Shown here in pieces: positions 1 through 9,753 of a DNA stretch of 50,214 nucleotides; within the stretch, counting starts at the first letter, position 1; each line of letters starts with the position of its first letter. Source of the DNA: Amylibacter sp. (GTDB lineage: Bacteria; Pseudomonadota; Alphaproteobacteria; Rhodobacterales; Rhodobacteraceae); NCBI GenBank assembly GCA_041573315.1, contig JBFFQS010000001.1, positions 1-50,214 of the forward strand. The letters are read 5' to 3'. Position numbers and translations under genes: made by a program. The notes beneath the pieces were generated by a model that searched no databases, was not told the DNA's origin, and worked only from the letters and a program-made list of their open reading frames with translations.

Positions 1-2
1 CC

Positions 3-107
3 CCTTCCGCGGACCAGCAGAAACCGCTGCGCCCCGGATCGGCGCAAGCCCGTCTGGCCGAGGCATTGGGAACCGTCGAAAAGAACCCTGAAAAGGACGG
101 CGCTTGA
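3..107 (+). CDS. 3' end of a SAM-dependent methyltransferase (BioC/NDUFAF5-like), truncated by the window edge
   Basis: Frame 3 reads PSADQQKPLRPGSAQARLAEALGTVEKNPEKDGA*. QQKPLRPGSA..RLA.AL resembles the C-terminus of the alphaproteobacterial methyltransferase usually found next to hemH/comF. Confidence 0.7.
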   Translation, partial: PSADQQKPLRPGSAQARLAEALGTVEKNPEKDGA

Positions 108-185
108 TTTAGATCCGGCCCGCGTTATCTGCCCTCGAACAGCAAAGATGTTTGACAAGACACACCGCAGGGATAAGACAGCCAG

Positions 186-1250
186 ATGAACATGTATTCC
201 GAACCGACCCGCCCGGCCCACGCGCCCGCTGACCACCCAAAAGTCCGCTTCGGCAAGGTGGGCGTGCTGATCTCGAACTTGGGAACTCCGGACGCCACCG
301 ATTACTGGTCGATGCGCCGCTACCTGAGCGAATTCCTGTCGGACCGCCGCGTCATCGACTATTCGCCCTGGCTGTGGCAGCCGCTGTTGCAGCTGATCAT
401 CCTGTCGAAACGTCCGAAATCCTCGGGCGAGGCCTATCGCGGCATCTGGAACAACGAACTGGACGAAAGCCCGTTGCTGACCACGACGCGCGCGCAGGCC
501 GAAAAGCTGGCGGCGGAAATGAAGGCCGCATACGGCGACCGCCTCGAGGTCGATTTCTGCATGCGCTACGGCAACCCGTCGACCGAGAGCGTGATCCGCA
601 AGCTGAAGGACAATGGCTGCGACCGGATCGTGTTCTTTCCGCTCTACCCGCAGTATTCCGCGCCGACGACCGCCACCGCCAATGACCACGCCTTCCGGAC
701 GCTCATGAAAATGAACTGGCAGCCGTCGATCCGCACGGTCCCTGCCTATTACGATCACCCGCTCTATATCGACGCGCTGGCTAAATCCGTCGAGGCCGCT
801 TACGCCAAGCTGGACAAGGAACCGGATATTCTGGTGACCTCGTTCCACGGCGTTCCCGTCCGCTATCTGAAAGAGGGCGACCCCTATCACTGCCAGTGCC
901 AGAAAACCACGCGCCTGCTGAAAGAGCGGCTGGGTTGGGCCGACGACCGGATCAAGATCACCTTCCAGTCCAAATTCGGCCCCGAAGAGTGGCTGCAACC
1001 CTACACGGTGGAAGAGGTCGCGCGTCTGGCCCAAGCCGACAAGAAGAGCATCGCCGTTATCGCGCCCGCGTTTTCTTCCGACTGCGTCGAAACGCTGGAA
1101 GAGATCAACGAAGAGATCAAGGAAAGCTTCGAGCATGCCGGCGGGCAGGATTTTACCTATATCCCCTGCCTGAACGACAGCGACGACCATATCAGGATGA
1201 TGTCGGCGATTTTGCACGGTGAGTTGGCGGGGTGGTTGGAGCCGGTCTAG
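186..1250 (+). CDS. hemH: Ferrochelatase
   Basis: Motifs NLGTPD, MRYGNPS, PLYPQYS, SFHGVP, FQSKFGPEEWLQPYT, DCVETLEEI, IPCLND. Confidence 0.97.
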   Translation: MNMYSEPTRPAHAPADHPKVRFGKVGVLISNLGTPDATDYWSMRRYLSEFLSDRRVIDYSPWLWQPLLQLIILSKRPKSSGEAYRGIWNNELDESPLLTTTRAQAEKLAAEMKAAYGDRLEVDFCMRYGNPSTESVIRKLKDNGCDRIVFFPLYPQYSAPTTATANDHAFRTLMKMNWQPSIRTVPAYYDHPLYIDALAKSVEAAYAKLDKEPDILVTSFHGVPVRYLKEGDPYHCQCQKTTRLLKERLGWADDRIKITFQSKFGPEEWLQPYTVEEVARLAQADKKSIAVIAPAFSSDCVETLEEINEEIKESFEHAGGQDFTYIPCLNDSDDHIRMMSAILHGELAGWLEPV

Positions 1251-1419
1251 GGGCGGGAAGCGGGAGCTGAGGATAGTTCCTCGTGATGGCTTCGAGCCCA
1301 AGAGTGAACAGTCTCCGACGCTTTCAGTTGGAAGGATGACCGAGATCAAAGCTGCCTTGGATCAGCGGTGTTAGTGGAATAAATAATAATGCTTGGGCCG
1401 ACTGAAGGGAGACGGGCTT

Positions 1420-1845
1420 ATGACATGGAAACTGAAGCTGACCGGGAGATGTATGTGCGGTGCGGTCAGAATTATCGGCGCTGCGAATGAACCCAAAGTG
1501 GCCGCCTGCCATTGCGACATGTGCCGCCGCTGGTCGTCCGGGCCGTATTTCGGGGTATCATGCGAAAATGTGACATTTGAGGGCGAGGAGAACATAACAA
1601 AAATACGATCATCCGATTGGGCCGAACGTGGCTTCTGCAAGAAATGCGGGTCAAGCTTATTTTATCACCTCATTGATAGTAACGAATTCCAAATAGCCGC
1701 CGGACTTCTTGATGATCAGTCAGATCTGCGCTTGTCCCTGCAAGTTTTCATCGACGAGAAGCCGCCCTTTTACACATTGGCCAACAAGACCAAAACCATG
1801 ACTGCCGCAGAGGTCTATGCTGCATACGCTCCTCGGTCGGACTGA
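1420..1845 (+). CDS. GFA / CENP-V family Zn-binding protein
   Basis: GRCMCGAV, ACHCDMCRR, RGFCKKCGSSLF. ATG at 1420 follows RBS-like AAGGGAGA (1405-1412). Lower GC than its neighbours. Confidence 0.9.
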   Translation: MTWKLKLTGRCMCGAVRIIGAANEPKVAACHCDMCRRWSSGPYFGVSCENVTFEGEENITKIRSSDWAERGFCKKCGSSLFYHLIDSNEFQIAAGLLDDQSDLRLSLQVFIDEKPPFYTLANKTKTMTAAEVYAAYAPRSD

Positions 1846-1941
1846 TTCCGCGACGTCGGTTTCGTCCGCAAAGCAGAGTTTGGCTGAACAACCAGCCTAT
1901 CCAATGGCACACGCTGTTCGCCGCAGGTGTTTCTCCAAACC

Positions 1942-2340
1942 CTAAACCCAGTCCCGCAATATCGCCACCAACGGTTTATCGGCGGGCGGCATCTCGTAGT
2001 CGGTCAGGTTGGCGGACCGGACCCACGCCAGTTTCTGCCCCTCTTGCGGCCTGACTATACCCTGCCATTTCCGGCAAGCGAACAGCGGCATGATCAAGTG
2101 GAAATCTTCGTAGGAATGGCTGGCGAAGGTCAGCGGCGCGAGGCAGCTGGACCATGTCTCGATGCCCAGTTCCTCGCGCAGTTCGCGGATCAGCGCGGCC
2201 TCAGGGGTTTCACCGGCCTCGACTTTGCCGCCCGGAAACTCCCACAGACCCGCCATCGACTTGCCCTCGGGGCGCTGCGCCAGCAGGATGCGCCCGTCGG
2301 GGTCGATCAGGGCGACCGCCGAAACCAGAACTGTTTTCAT
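1942..2340 (-). CDS. mutT: 8-oxo-dGTP diphosphatase (Nudix)
   Basis: Nudix box GGKVEAGETPEAALIRELREELGI, LWEFPGG, C-terminal MPPAD. Start overlaps the argJ stop. Confidence 0.93.
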   Translation of the reverse strand: MKTVLVSAVALIDPDGRILLAQRPEGKSMAGLWEFPGGKVEAGETPEAALIRELREELGIETWSSCLAPLTFASHSYEDFHLIMPLFACRKWQGIVRPQEGQKLAWVRSANLTDYEMPPADKPLVAILRDWV

Positions 2341-3668
2341 GACCGGTAGTCGGCGTTGATCGTGATGTACTGATGCGTCAGGTCGCAGGTCCAGACCGTC
2401 GCCGCGCCCTCGCCCACGCCCAGATCGACGCTGACTTTCAGCTCTGCGTTCTTCATGTAATTCGCGCCCTGTTCCTCTCGGTAATCGGGCGAGACCCAGC
2501 CTTTTTCAGCCACAAGAATGTCGCCGAAGCGGATGGTCAGGCGGTCGCGGTCGGCGAACTCTCCGGACTTGCCGACCGCCATGACGATGCGGCCCCAGTT
2601 CGGGTCCTCGCCCGCAAAGGCGGTTTTGACAAGCGGTGAATTGGCAATGGCGAGCCCGACGGTATGAGCGGCGGCGTCGGATTCCGCTCCGGTGACGGCA
2701 ACTTCGATGAACTTGGTCGCGCCTTCGCCGTCGCGCACCACCAGATGCGCCAGATCCAGCATCACCTTGTACAATGCCTCGCGGAACGGTCCCGCCGCAT
2801 CGGCCGACGTGATCGGCGGATTGCCGGCCTTTCCCGTCGCCACGAGCAGCAGGCTGTCCGAGGTGGAGGTATCCCCGTCCACCGTGATCGCGTTGAACGT
2901 CGGGACAGTCAGCTCGCTGAGGATCGTCTGTAAAACCGGCTGGTCGATGGCGGCATCGGTGAAGATATAAACCAGCATCGTTGCCATATCCGGCGCGATC
3001 ATGCCCGATCCCTTGGCGAATCCGGCGATTTTGACTTCCTTGCCGTCAATCATGCAGCTTGCGGCGGCACCCTTGGGAAAGGTGTCCGTCGTCATGATCG
3101 CACGTGCGGCCTCGCCGACCTTGTCGGCGGACAAGTCCTCAACCATCAACTGCAATCGCGCGACGATCCGGTCATGCGGCAGCGGTTCACCGATCACGCC
3201 GGTCGACGACGAAAACACAAGATCAGATGTTGTTCCCAGAACATCGGCCGCGGCCCCTGTTACGGCGGCAACCGATTTCAGCCCGTTGTTACCGGTAAAA
3301 GCGTTTGCATTGCCCGAGTTCACGACGATTCCGATCTTGCCGGACGCGGGCCCCTTCAGGCGCCCCAGTTTGGCCTGGCAGTCCAGCACCGGCGCGGCGC
3401 GGGTGGACGACCGGGTGAACACGCCGGCGATGGTGCTGCCGGCCTCGGCTTCGGCCAGCATCACATCGGTGCGGTTGGCGTATTTTACGCCCGCGGACGC
3501 GGCGCAGAACCGGACACCGGAAATCACGGGCAAGTCAGGAAAACCGCCCTTGGGCGCCAGCGGAGATACCGCTGGCCCGCTGGCGGCGGTCAGTGCATCC
3601 GCCAACTTGCGCTTCAGCTTCTTGACCTTCTTTTGAAGCTTCCTGATTTTCGCGTGTTCCGCTTTCAT
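2337..3668 (-). CDS. argJ: Bifunctional glutamate N-acetyltransferase / amino-acid acetyltransferase
   Basis: VSPLAP, NSGNANAFTG, IMTTDTFPK, KGSGMIAPDMATML (autocleavage site), DGDTSTSD, DGEGATK, DPNWGRI, INADYRS. Confidence 0.96.
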   Translation of the reverse strand: MKAEHAKIRKLQKKVKKLKRKLADALTAASGPAVSPLAPKGGFPDLPVISGVRFCAASAGVKYANRTDVMLAEAEAGSTIAGVFTRSSTRAAPVLDCQAKLGRLKGPASGKIGIVVNSGNANAFTGNNGLKSVAAVTGAAADVLGTTSDLVFSSSTGVIGEPLPHDRIVARLQLMVEDLSADKVGEAARAIMTTDTFPKGAAASCMIDGKEVKIAGFAKGSGMIAPDMATMLVYIFTDAAIDQPVLQTILSELTVPTFNAITVDGDTSTSDSLLLVATGKAGNPPITSADAAGPFREALYKVMLDLAHLVVRDGEGATKFIEVAVTGAESDAAAHTVGLAIANSPLVKTAFAGEDPNWGRIVMAVGKSGEFADRDRLTIRFGDILVAEKGWVSPDYREEQGANYMKNAELKVSVDLGVGEGAATVWTCDLTHQYITINADYRS

Positions 3669-3686
3669 ATCCGCTCGTCCCGCGCT

Positions 3687-4571
3687 CTAGTCCAGCAAGA
3701 TTGTCTGTCTGACCACCGAGGGATCGATGTTTTCGTCCGTGCGCTCGACGGTCGCGCCTTCGCCAAGAATACCGATGGCTACCTCGATGGCCTGATCGCT
3801 CAGCTCGCCTTCGATTTCGGCGCGCACGTCTTCCAGTTTCGGCGGCTCATGGTCGCGCAGCTCCTTCAGCTTGATCACATGCCAGCCGAACTGCGTTTCC
3901 GTCGGTGGTGACAGCTCGCCAGGCTTCAGCGCCAGAGCGGCTTGCTCGAACGGCGCAACGGTCTGACCGGGTTCGATCCAGCCCAGTTCGCCGCCCTGAA
4001 CGTTCGACGGGCCGATGGATTTTTCCTTGGCCAGCTCGGCAAAATCGGCGCCGCCTTCAAGTTCCGCAACAATCGCTTTCGCCTCATCCTCGGTGGCAAC
4101 CAGAATGTGGCTGGCAAAGAAGTCCTGGCCGGCGTCTCCGCTGGTATAGCGCTCGGCATAGGCCTTTTGCACGGCTTCGTCGGTCACGGCGGCATCGCCG
4201 ATCCGGTTAACGGCCTCGGTCGCCAGCAGCGCCCGGCGTTCGTTCTCGATGGCGTATTTCATAGACTTCGTATCGGCATCGACACGCTGCGACAGCAAGG
4301 TCTGCTGAATCAGCTGTTCCGTAATGCCGTTGAACAATACGTCATCGGCCAGAGTCTGGTATTGCTCCGGCAGGCGTCCCACAAGCGCCACGATGTGTCC
4401 CACCGTGATTTGTTCGCCATTAACCGTGGCGACGACCGTGTCGGATGTTGGGGCAATTGTCGGTGCGGCGCTTGCGGCGGCGTCTTCTTTGGGCGCTTCC
4501 TGTGCGCTGACGGCACCGGCAAGCGAAAGGGCGAAACCAGCAGCAGCCAGCGTGTTACGGGCAAAAATCAT
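3687..4571 (-). CDS. Periplasmic parvulin-type peptidyl-prolyl cis-trans isomerase
   Basis: Signal peptide MIFARNTLAAAGFALSLAGAVSA; ASHILV, DFAELAKEKS, GGELGW, FGWHVIKL. Start moved to ATG 4571, which follows GGAGGT. Confidence 0.9.
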   Translation of the reverse strand: MIFARNTLAAAGFALSLAGAVSAQEAPKEDAAASAAPTIAPTSDTVVATVNGEQITVGHIVALVGRLPEQYQTLADDVLFNGITEQLIQQTLLSQRVDADTKSMKYAIENERRALLATEAVNRIGDAAVTDEAVQKAYAERYTSGDAGQDFFASHILVATEDEAKAIVAELEGGADFAELAKEKSIGPSNVQGGELGWIEPGQTVAPFEQAALALKPGELSPPTETQFGWHVIKLKELRDHEPPKLEDVRAEIEGELSDQAIEVAIGILGEGATVERTDENIDPSVVRQTILLD

Positions 4572-4641
4572 AAATACCTCCATTACGGCACGAAATTCAT
4601 GGGGCGTAGGCGATTTCTGACGCACCGAAGTCCGGCCAAAG

Positions 4642-4669
4642 TTGACACCGCGCCTGCACCTGCTTACAT
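4642..4669 (+). promoter_or_regulatory. Putative secA promoter (sigma70/RpoH-type)
   Basis: TTGACA (4642-4647) and CTTACAT (4663-4669), giving TTG-N18-CYYAYAT geometry, 150 bp upstream of the secA start. Confidence 0.5.
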
Positions 4670-4818
4670 GCCTCACCGGACGTATATTCAATGCATTCGC
4701 GGCCTTTCGAGCCTTCTTACGGTTTCCCCAATCTGTGAGCAAGGCGCTTGGTCGCAGGTTCTGTAACAGTTGCGTCACTTTCCGCCGGTTTCCGGCCAAA
4801 AGAATGGATAGCTTATCA

Positions 4819-7644
4819 ATGCTTGGCATAGGCACAATCGCCAAAAAGGTTTTTGGCACACCGAATGATCGCATTATCAAGGCAGCGCAGCCGACCGTCG
4901 ACAAGATCAATGCGCTGGAGCCTGAATTCCAGTCCCTGACCGACGAGCAGATCATCGAAAAGACAGCCGAGTTCAAGAAACGCATCGCCGACGGCGAGGC
5001 GCTTGACGCGCTGCTGCCCGAGGCCTTCGCCAACGCCCGCGAGGCCGCGCTTAGAGCGCTGGGGCTGCGGGCCTTTGACGTACAGCTGATGGGCGGGCTG
5101 TTCCTGCATCAGGGCAATATCTCGGAAATGAAGACGGGCGAGGGCAAAACGCTTGTGGCGACTTTTCCGGCCTATCTGAATGCGCTGACCGGCAAGAGCG
5201 TGCATATCGTCACGGTCAACGATTACCTTGCGCGCCGCGACGCGGAATGGATGGGCAAGGTCTATGCCGCGCTGGGCATGACGACCGGTGTTGTCGTACC
5301 CGGCCTGCCGGACGGCGAGGTTCAGGCCGCCTACAGAAGCGACATTGTCTATGCCACGAACAACGAACTCGGCTTCGACTATCTGCGCGACAACATGAAG
5401 TCCGACATCGCGGAAATGGTCCAGCGCGACCACTATTTCGCGATCGTCGACGAGGTCGACTCGATTCTGATCGACGAGGCCCGGACCCCGCTGATTATCT
5501 CGGGCCCTTCCGAGGACCGCTCGGAACTGTATGTCAGGGTCAACGAAACCATCCCGCGCCTGACCGAAGAACACTACACGATCGAGGAAAAATCCCGGTC
5601 AGCAACACTGACCGACGAAGGCAATGAATTCGTCGAGCAAATGTTTCTGGACCTTGGCCTGCTCGAGGAAGGCAAATCGCTCTACGATCCGGAAAGCACG
5701 ACGCTGGTGCATCACGTCAACCTGGCTCTGCGCGCCAACAAGATGTTCCGCCGCGACAAGGACTATATCGTGCGCAATGACGAGGTCGTGCTGATCGACG
5801 AGTTCACGGGGCGCATGATGACCGGCCGCCGCCTGTCCGAGGGCCTGCACCAGGCAATCGAGGCCAAGGAGGGCGTCGCCATCAAGCCGGAAAACGTGAC
5901 GCTGGCATCGGTGACGTTCCAGAACTATTTCCGCCTCTATGACAAACTGGCCGGCATGACCGGCACGGCACTGACCGAGGCAGAGGAATTTTCCGAGATT
6001 TACGGCCTTGGCGTGGTCGAGGTTCCGACCAACCGGCCCATCGCGCGGATCGACGAACACGACGCGATCTATCGCACCGCTGCCGAGAAATACAAAGCCA
6101 TCGTCGAGGAAATCGCCCGCGCCCATGCCAGCGGTCAACCGGTTCTGGTGGGCACCACCTCGATCGAGAAATCAGAACAGATTTCAAACATGCTGCAGGA
6201 CGGGAAATTCCTGCAATCCATCGCCGATCATATGCGCGAACGCGCCGCCGATTTCAAAAACGAGGAAACCAAGACGAGATACCTGGCCGAGGCTGACGAC
6301 GTCGAGCGACTTGGCAAACAGAAGGGCGGCATTCCTCACAACGTACTTAACGCGCGTTTCCACGAACAGGAAGCCAGTATCGTCGGTGATGCGGGCGTCT
6401 ATGGCGCGGTGACCATCGCCACAAACATGGCGGGCCGCGGCACCGACATTCAGCTCGGCGGTAACTTCGAGATGCGTCTGGCCAAGGCGCTGGAAGACAA
6501 GTCCGACGACGAGACCGAAGAACAGGTCCGCGAACGCGTCACGGCCGAAATCGCCGAGGGCCGCAAGAAGGCGCTCGAGGCGGGCGGCCTCTACGTGCTT
6601 GCCACCGAACGCCACGAAAGCCGCCGCATCGACAACCAGCTGCGCGGGCGTTCCGGCCGTCAGGGCGATCCGGGCAAATCGGCCTTCTTCCTGTCGCTCG
6701 AAGACGACCTGATGCGCATCTTCGGCTCGGGCCGTCTGGACAAGGTGCTGGGAACGCTCGGCATGAAAGAGGGCGAAGCGATCATCCACCCGTGGGTCAA
6801 CAAATCACTGGAAAAAGCGCAGGCCAAGGTAGAGGGTCACAACTTCGACATCCGCAAGCAGTTGCTGAAATTCGACGACGTGATGAACGACCAGCGGAAA
6901 GCGATCTTTGAACAGCGCCGCGAGATCATGGAGAGCAAGGACCTGTCGGAAATCGTCAAGGATATGCGCGACGAAACCATCGACGACCTGGTCGACGAGT
7001 TCATTCCGGCCAAATCCTATGCCGACCAATGGGATGCCGAAGGCCTGTACGGCAAAATTATCCAGGTCGTCGGTATCGACGTTCCGGTGATGAAATGGGT
7101 CGAGGAAGAGGGCATCGACGAGACCGACATCCGCGAACGCCTCTACGCCGAGGCCGACAAGCATCTGGCGAAAAAGGCCGTCGATTTCGGCCCCGAAACC
7201 ATGCGCTCGATCGAGAAACAGGTCTTGCTGGGGACCATCGACAAGAAATGGCGCGAACACCTTCTGACGCTCGAACACCTGCGCTCGGTCGTGGGATTCC
7301 GAGGCTATGCCCAGCGCGATCCTCTGAACGAATACAAGACCGAAGCCTTCGGCCTGTTCGAGAGCATGCTGGAAAGCCTGCGCAGCGAGGTCACCGGCCA
7401 GTTAGCCCATGTCCGTGTGCTGACGGAACAGGAGCAGCAGGCCATGCTGGCAGCGCAAGCCCGTCAGAACGAGAAAGTCGTGGAGTCCGCTACGCCCGCC
7501 ACGGGCGACGTCGCCGAGGCGGAGGCTGCCGCGATGGTCTTCGACGAAAACGACAGGTCAACCTGGGGCAACCCGGGCCGCAACGATACCTGCCCATGCG
7601 GGTCGGGGAAGAAGTTCAAGCATTGCCACGGCAAGCTGGCCTAG
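4819..7644 (+). CDS. secA: Preprotein translocase ATPase SecA
   Basis: [64 protein letters not shown]-terminal [14 protein letters not shown]. Start moved to MLGIG. Confidence 0.98.
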   Translation: MLGIGTIAKKVFGTPNDRIIKAAQPTVDKINALEPEFQSLTDEQIIEKTAEFKKRIADGEALDALLPEAFANAREAALRALGLRAFDVQLMGGLFLHQGNISEMKTGEGKTLVATFPAYLNALTGKSVHIVTVNDYLARRDAEWMGKVYAALGMTTGVVVPGLPDGEVQAAYRSDIVYATNNELGFDYLRDNMKSDIAEMVQRDHYFAIVDEVDSILIDEARTPLIISGPSEDRSELYVRVNETIPRLTEEHYTIEEKSRSATLTDEGNEFVEQMFLDLGLLEEGKSLYDPESTTLVHHVNLALRANKMFRRDKDYIVRNDEVVLIDEFTGRMMTGRRLSEGLHQAIEAKEGVAIKPENVTLASVTFQNYFRLYDKLAGMTGTALTEAEEFSEIYGLGVVEVPTNRPIARIDEHDAIYRTAAEKYKAIVEEIARAHASGQPVLVGTTSIEKSEQISNMLQDGKFLQSIADHMRERAADFKNEETKTRYLAEADDVERLGKQKGGIPHNVLNARFHEQEASIVGDAGVYGAVTIATNMAGRGTDIQLGGNFEMRLAKALEDKSDDETEEQVRERVTAEIAEGRKKALEAGGLYVLATERHESRRIDNQLRGRSGRQGDPGKSAFFLSLEDDLMRIFGSGRLDKVLGTLGMKEGEAIIHPWVNKSLEKAQAKVEGHNFDIRKQLLKFDDVMNDQRKAIFEQRREIMESKDLSEIVKDMRDETIDDLVDEFIPAKSYADQWDAEGLYGKIIQVVGIDVPVMKWVEEEGIDETDIRERLYAEADKHLAKKAVDFGPETMRSIEKQVLLGTIDKKWREHLLTLEHLRSVVGFRGYAQRDPLNEYKTEAFGLFESMLESLRSEVTGQLAHVRVLTEQEQQAMLAAQARQNEKVVESATPATGDVAEAEAAAMVFDENDRSTWGNPGRNDTCPCGSGKKFKHCHGKLA

Positions 7645-7649
7645 AATAT

Positions 7650-9701
7650 TCAATTGATCTCTGCCCGCGTCCTGCGGGCCTCTGACAAATTGATTTGCTC
7701 GAAAATCAGGTCGTTGATCATCGCCGACCCCGTCTTGTTCGGATGATCGTCGTCGGCATAGTACATGTTTTCCGCATCGTGCGTCATACATCTGCCGCGC
7801 ATCGTGGTGTTGCAAAACCGCTTATGCGGGTAAACCCGGTAGAGATTCTTGTGCTGAACGCGGTCCAGCACCGCGAAACTGCTCTTGGTCCGTTCCTTAT
7901 ATACGTCGAAACTTGTCGTCAGCGGATTCTCGGACAGATAGTCCGCGGCGAAGGCAGCGCTCTTGGGCATCCGCAGAAACAATTCCTTCGGCACATTCCA
8001 GCCAACCTCAACGAACGGGTATACCAGGATAAGGTCGTGGCCTGCATCCAGCAGCTGCCGAAGCGAACGGTCTATTTCCTGCTCGACACTGGTTCCGCTT
8101 ATTGTTCTCAGAGCCTTCCTGTAAACCATGTCGGCCTGCTCGATACCGCCTTCGAGGTTGTTGAAATAGCTGCCCTCCAATTCCCGCGGCCAGCGTCCGG
8201 CGACAACGATGATCGACGGCCCGCGGGCCGCTATGGCCGCCAGTCGTCTGTTTTGAAACGCGACGTTGCAAGCGTACTGTCTGTCAGGGCTGCCCCTTAC
8301 AACGAGGTTGGCCTGAAAGACCGGCAGGCAGTCTCCTTCGGTCAGAGCCAGAAACGGGTGCTTATCTTTCACGCGCGCATATAGATCGGCCAACAGAGAC
8401 GCGGCGTGGCTGTCACCCACAACCACCACCGTCCGGCTCTTCTTTTCACCGCCTAACAGGCAAAAGTCGTCCAGCCTTCCGTGACAGGGATCGCCGTTTT
8501 CATCCTTCAGGTCGTTCCATGTCCCCCGGCTCGCTTCGGGCGCCAGAACAGCGGGAACGCGCCACACGAAACCGTCGAACACATAGCCGGAGACGCTGAC
8601 GAGAACAGTGCAAAGAAGACCCATGCGCAGATTTGCCAGTGCCCGCTTGGTTTCCATCTTTCGCCTGTTTCGGAACGGCCGCTCGATCCACAAATAAGAA
8701 GCGGCCGAAAGCAGGACAGTCAGAGCTATCCACCAAAGCTTATCGGGGTCACCGGCAGCGGGATCGCGCATGCGGGCAAAGGCGAATACCGGAAAGTGCC
8801 AGAGGTAGAGGGAATAGGAAATCAGCCCGATGCCGACCAGGGGCCGGCACCCCAGTATCGCGCCGACAGGTTCGTGCCTGCCCGCATAGCGGATCACCAG
8901 CGCCACCCCAAGGATAAGGGGCACGGAGTCGAACCCCGGATGTATGGTCGCCTCGTCGAACATCCAGAAAGAAAGCACCACCGCCGCCGCCCCCGCCAAC
9001 GGGATCACCGAACGCATTGCCGTCGTTTCGGCACGACCGGAGCGGATCTCCAACAGGGCCACCAAGGTTCCCGCCAAAAGCTCCCACATGCGGGTCGGCA
9101 ATATGTAAAAACTTAGAGCGGGATTAACGCGGCTCATGGTCTCCGCGACCAGAAGGCTGGCAACGAGTGCCGCCAGCGCCACCCAAAACAAGTGCTTTTG
9201 CGCCAGACGGAACAACAGCACGAGCGCAGCCGGAAAGAAAATGTAGAACTGTTCCTCAACACTCAGCGACCACGTATGCAGAAACGGTTCGAGGAGGCTA
9301 TCGCTTGCTCCGTAGTCTGTTGTGCTGAAATAAAAGAAAAGGTTGGAGACGAATAACAGGGAAGACACAATCGAGCGCGAGTAGTCCGCGTATGTTGCGG
9401 GCAACATGTAAAACCAAGCAAACGGGACAGACGAAAGCATCACCGTAAAAAGAATTGGCAATATGCGGCGAATGCGCCTTTCGTAGAAATTGCGGAAATT
9501 GAACGCACCCGTTTCGCCCAGTTCCGTCAGAATTATCTTGGAAATCAGATAGCCGCTGATTACGAAAAAGATATCTACGCCCAGGTAACCGCCCGCCAGT
9601 AACGTATCACCGTTCACCGAAAACCGGGCGTGATAAACAACTACCGTTGTGACAGCGACCGCACGCAACCCGTCAATCTCGGGCCTGTAGGCAATTTTCA
9701 T
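7650..9701 (-). CDS. Acyltransferase-3 / SGNH fusion (OafA/OatA/YrhL-like surface-glycan O-acyltransferase)
   Basis: YRPEIDGLRA, GYLGVDIFFVISGYLI, HTWSLSVEEQFY, SYSLYLWH in the membrane domain; SGNH motifs VGDSHA and DDDHP in the C-terminal domain. Confidence 0.9.
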   Translation of the reverse strand: MKIAYRPEIDGLRAVAVTTVVVYHARFSVNGDTLLAGGYLGVDIFFVISGYLISKIILTELGETGAFNFRNFYERRIRRILPILFTVMLSSVPFAWFYMLPATYADYSRSIVSSLLFVSNLFFYFSTTDYGASDSLLEPFLHTWSLSVEEQFYIFFPAALVLLFRLAQKHLFWVALAALVASLLVAETMSRVNPALSFYILPTRMWELLAGTLVALLEIRSGRAETTAMRSVIPLAGAAAVVLSFWMFDEATIHPGFDSVPLILGVALVIRYAGRHEPVGAILGCRPLVGIGLISYSLYLWHFPVFAFARMRDPAAGDPDKLWWIALTVLLSAASYLWIERPFRNRRKMETKRALANLRMGLLCTVLVSVSGYVFDGFVWRVPAVLAPEASRGTWNDLKDENGDPCHGRLDDFCLLGGEKKSRTVVVVGDSHAASLLADLYARVKDKHPFLALTEGDCLPVFQANLVVRGSPDRQYACNVAFQNRRLAAIAARGPSIIVVAGRWPRELEGSYFNNLEGGIEQADMVYRKALRTISGTSVEQEIDRSLRQLLDAGHDLILVYPFVEVGWNVPKELFLRMPKSAAFAADYLSENPLTTSFDVYKERTKSSFAVLDRVQHKNLYRVYPHKRFCNTTMRGRCMTHDAENMYYADDDHPNKTGSAMINDLIFEQINLSEARRTRAEIN

Positions 9702-9753
9702 CCGCAATCTGCTCGCTCAGGAATACTCGCCTTTTATAGCCACAGCTTTGGCG

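Noticed and set aside
1846-1941. Canonical integron attC site after the GFA gene
   Set aside because: I found no RYYYAAC...GTTRRRY-bounded long palindrome, and there is no integrase in the window.
4572-5033. Long overlapping N-terminal extensions of the PPIase and SecA ORFs in the ORF track
   Set aside because: Downstream starts fit the RBS, signal peptide and family N-termini. The extensions span the divergent promoter region.
6196-6327. SecA insertion as an intein or mobile element
   Set aside because: It is too short, lacks Cys/Ser and His-Asn splice termini, and shows no terminal repeats or target duplication.
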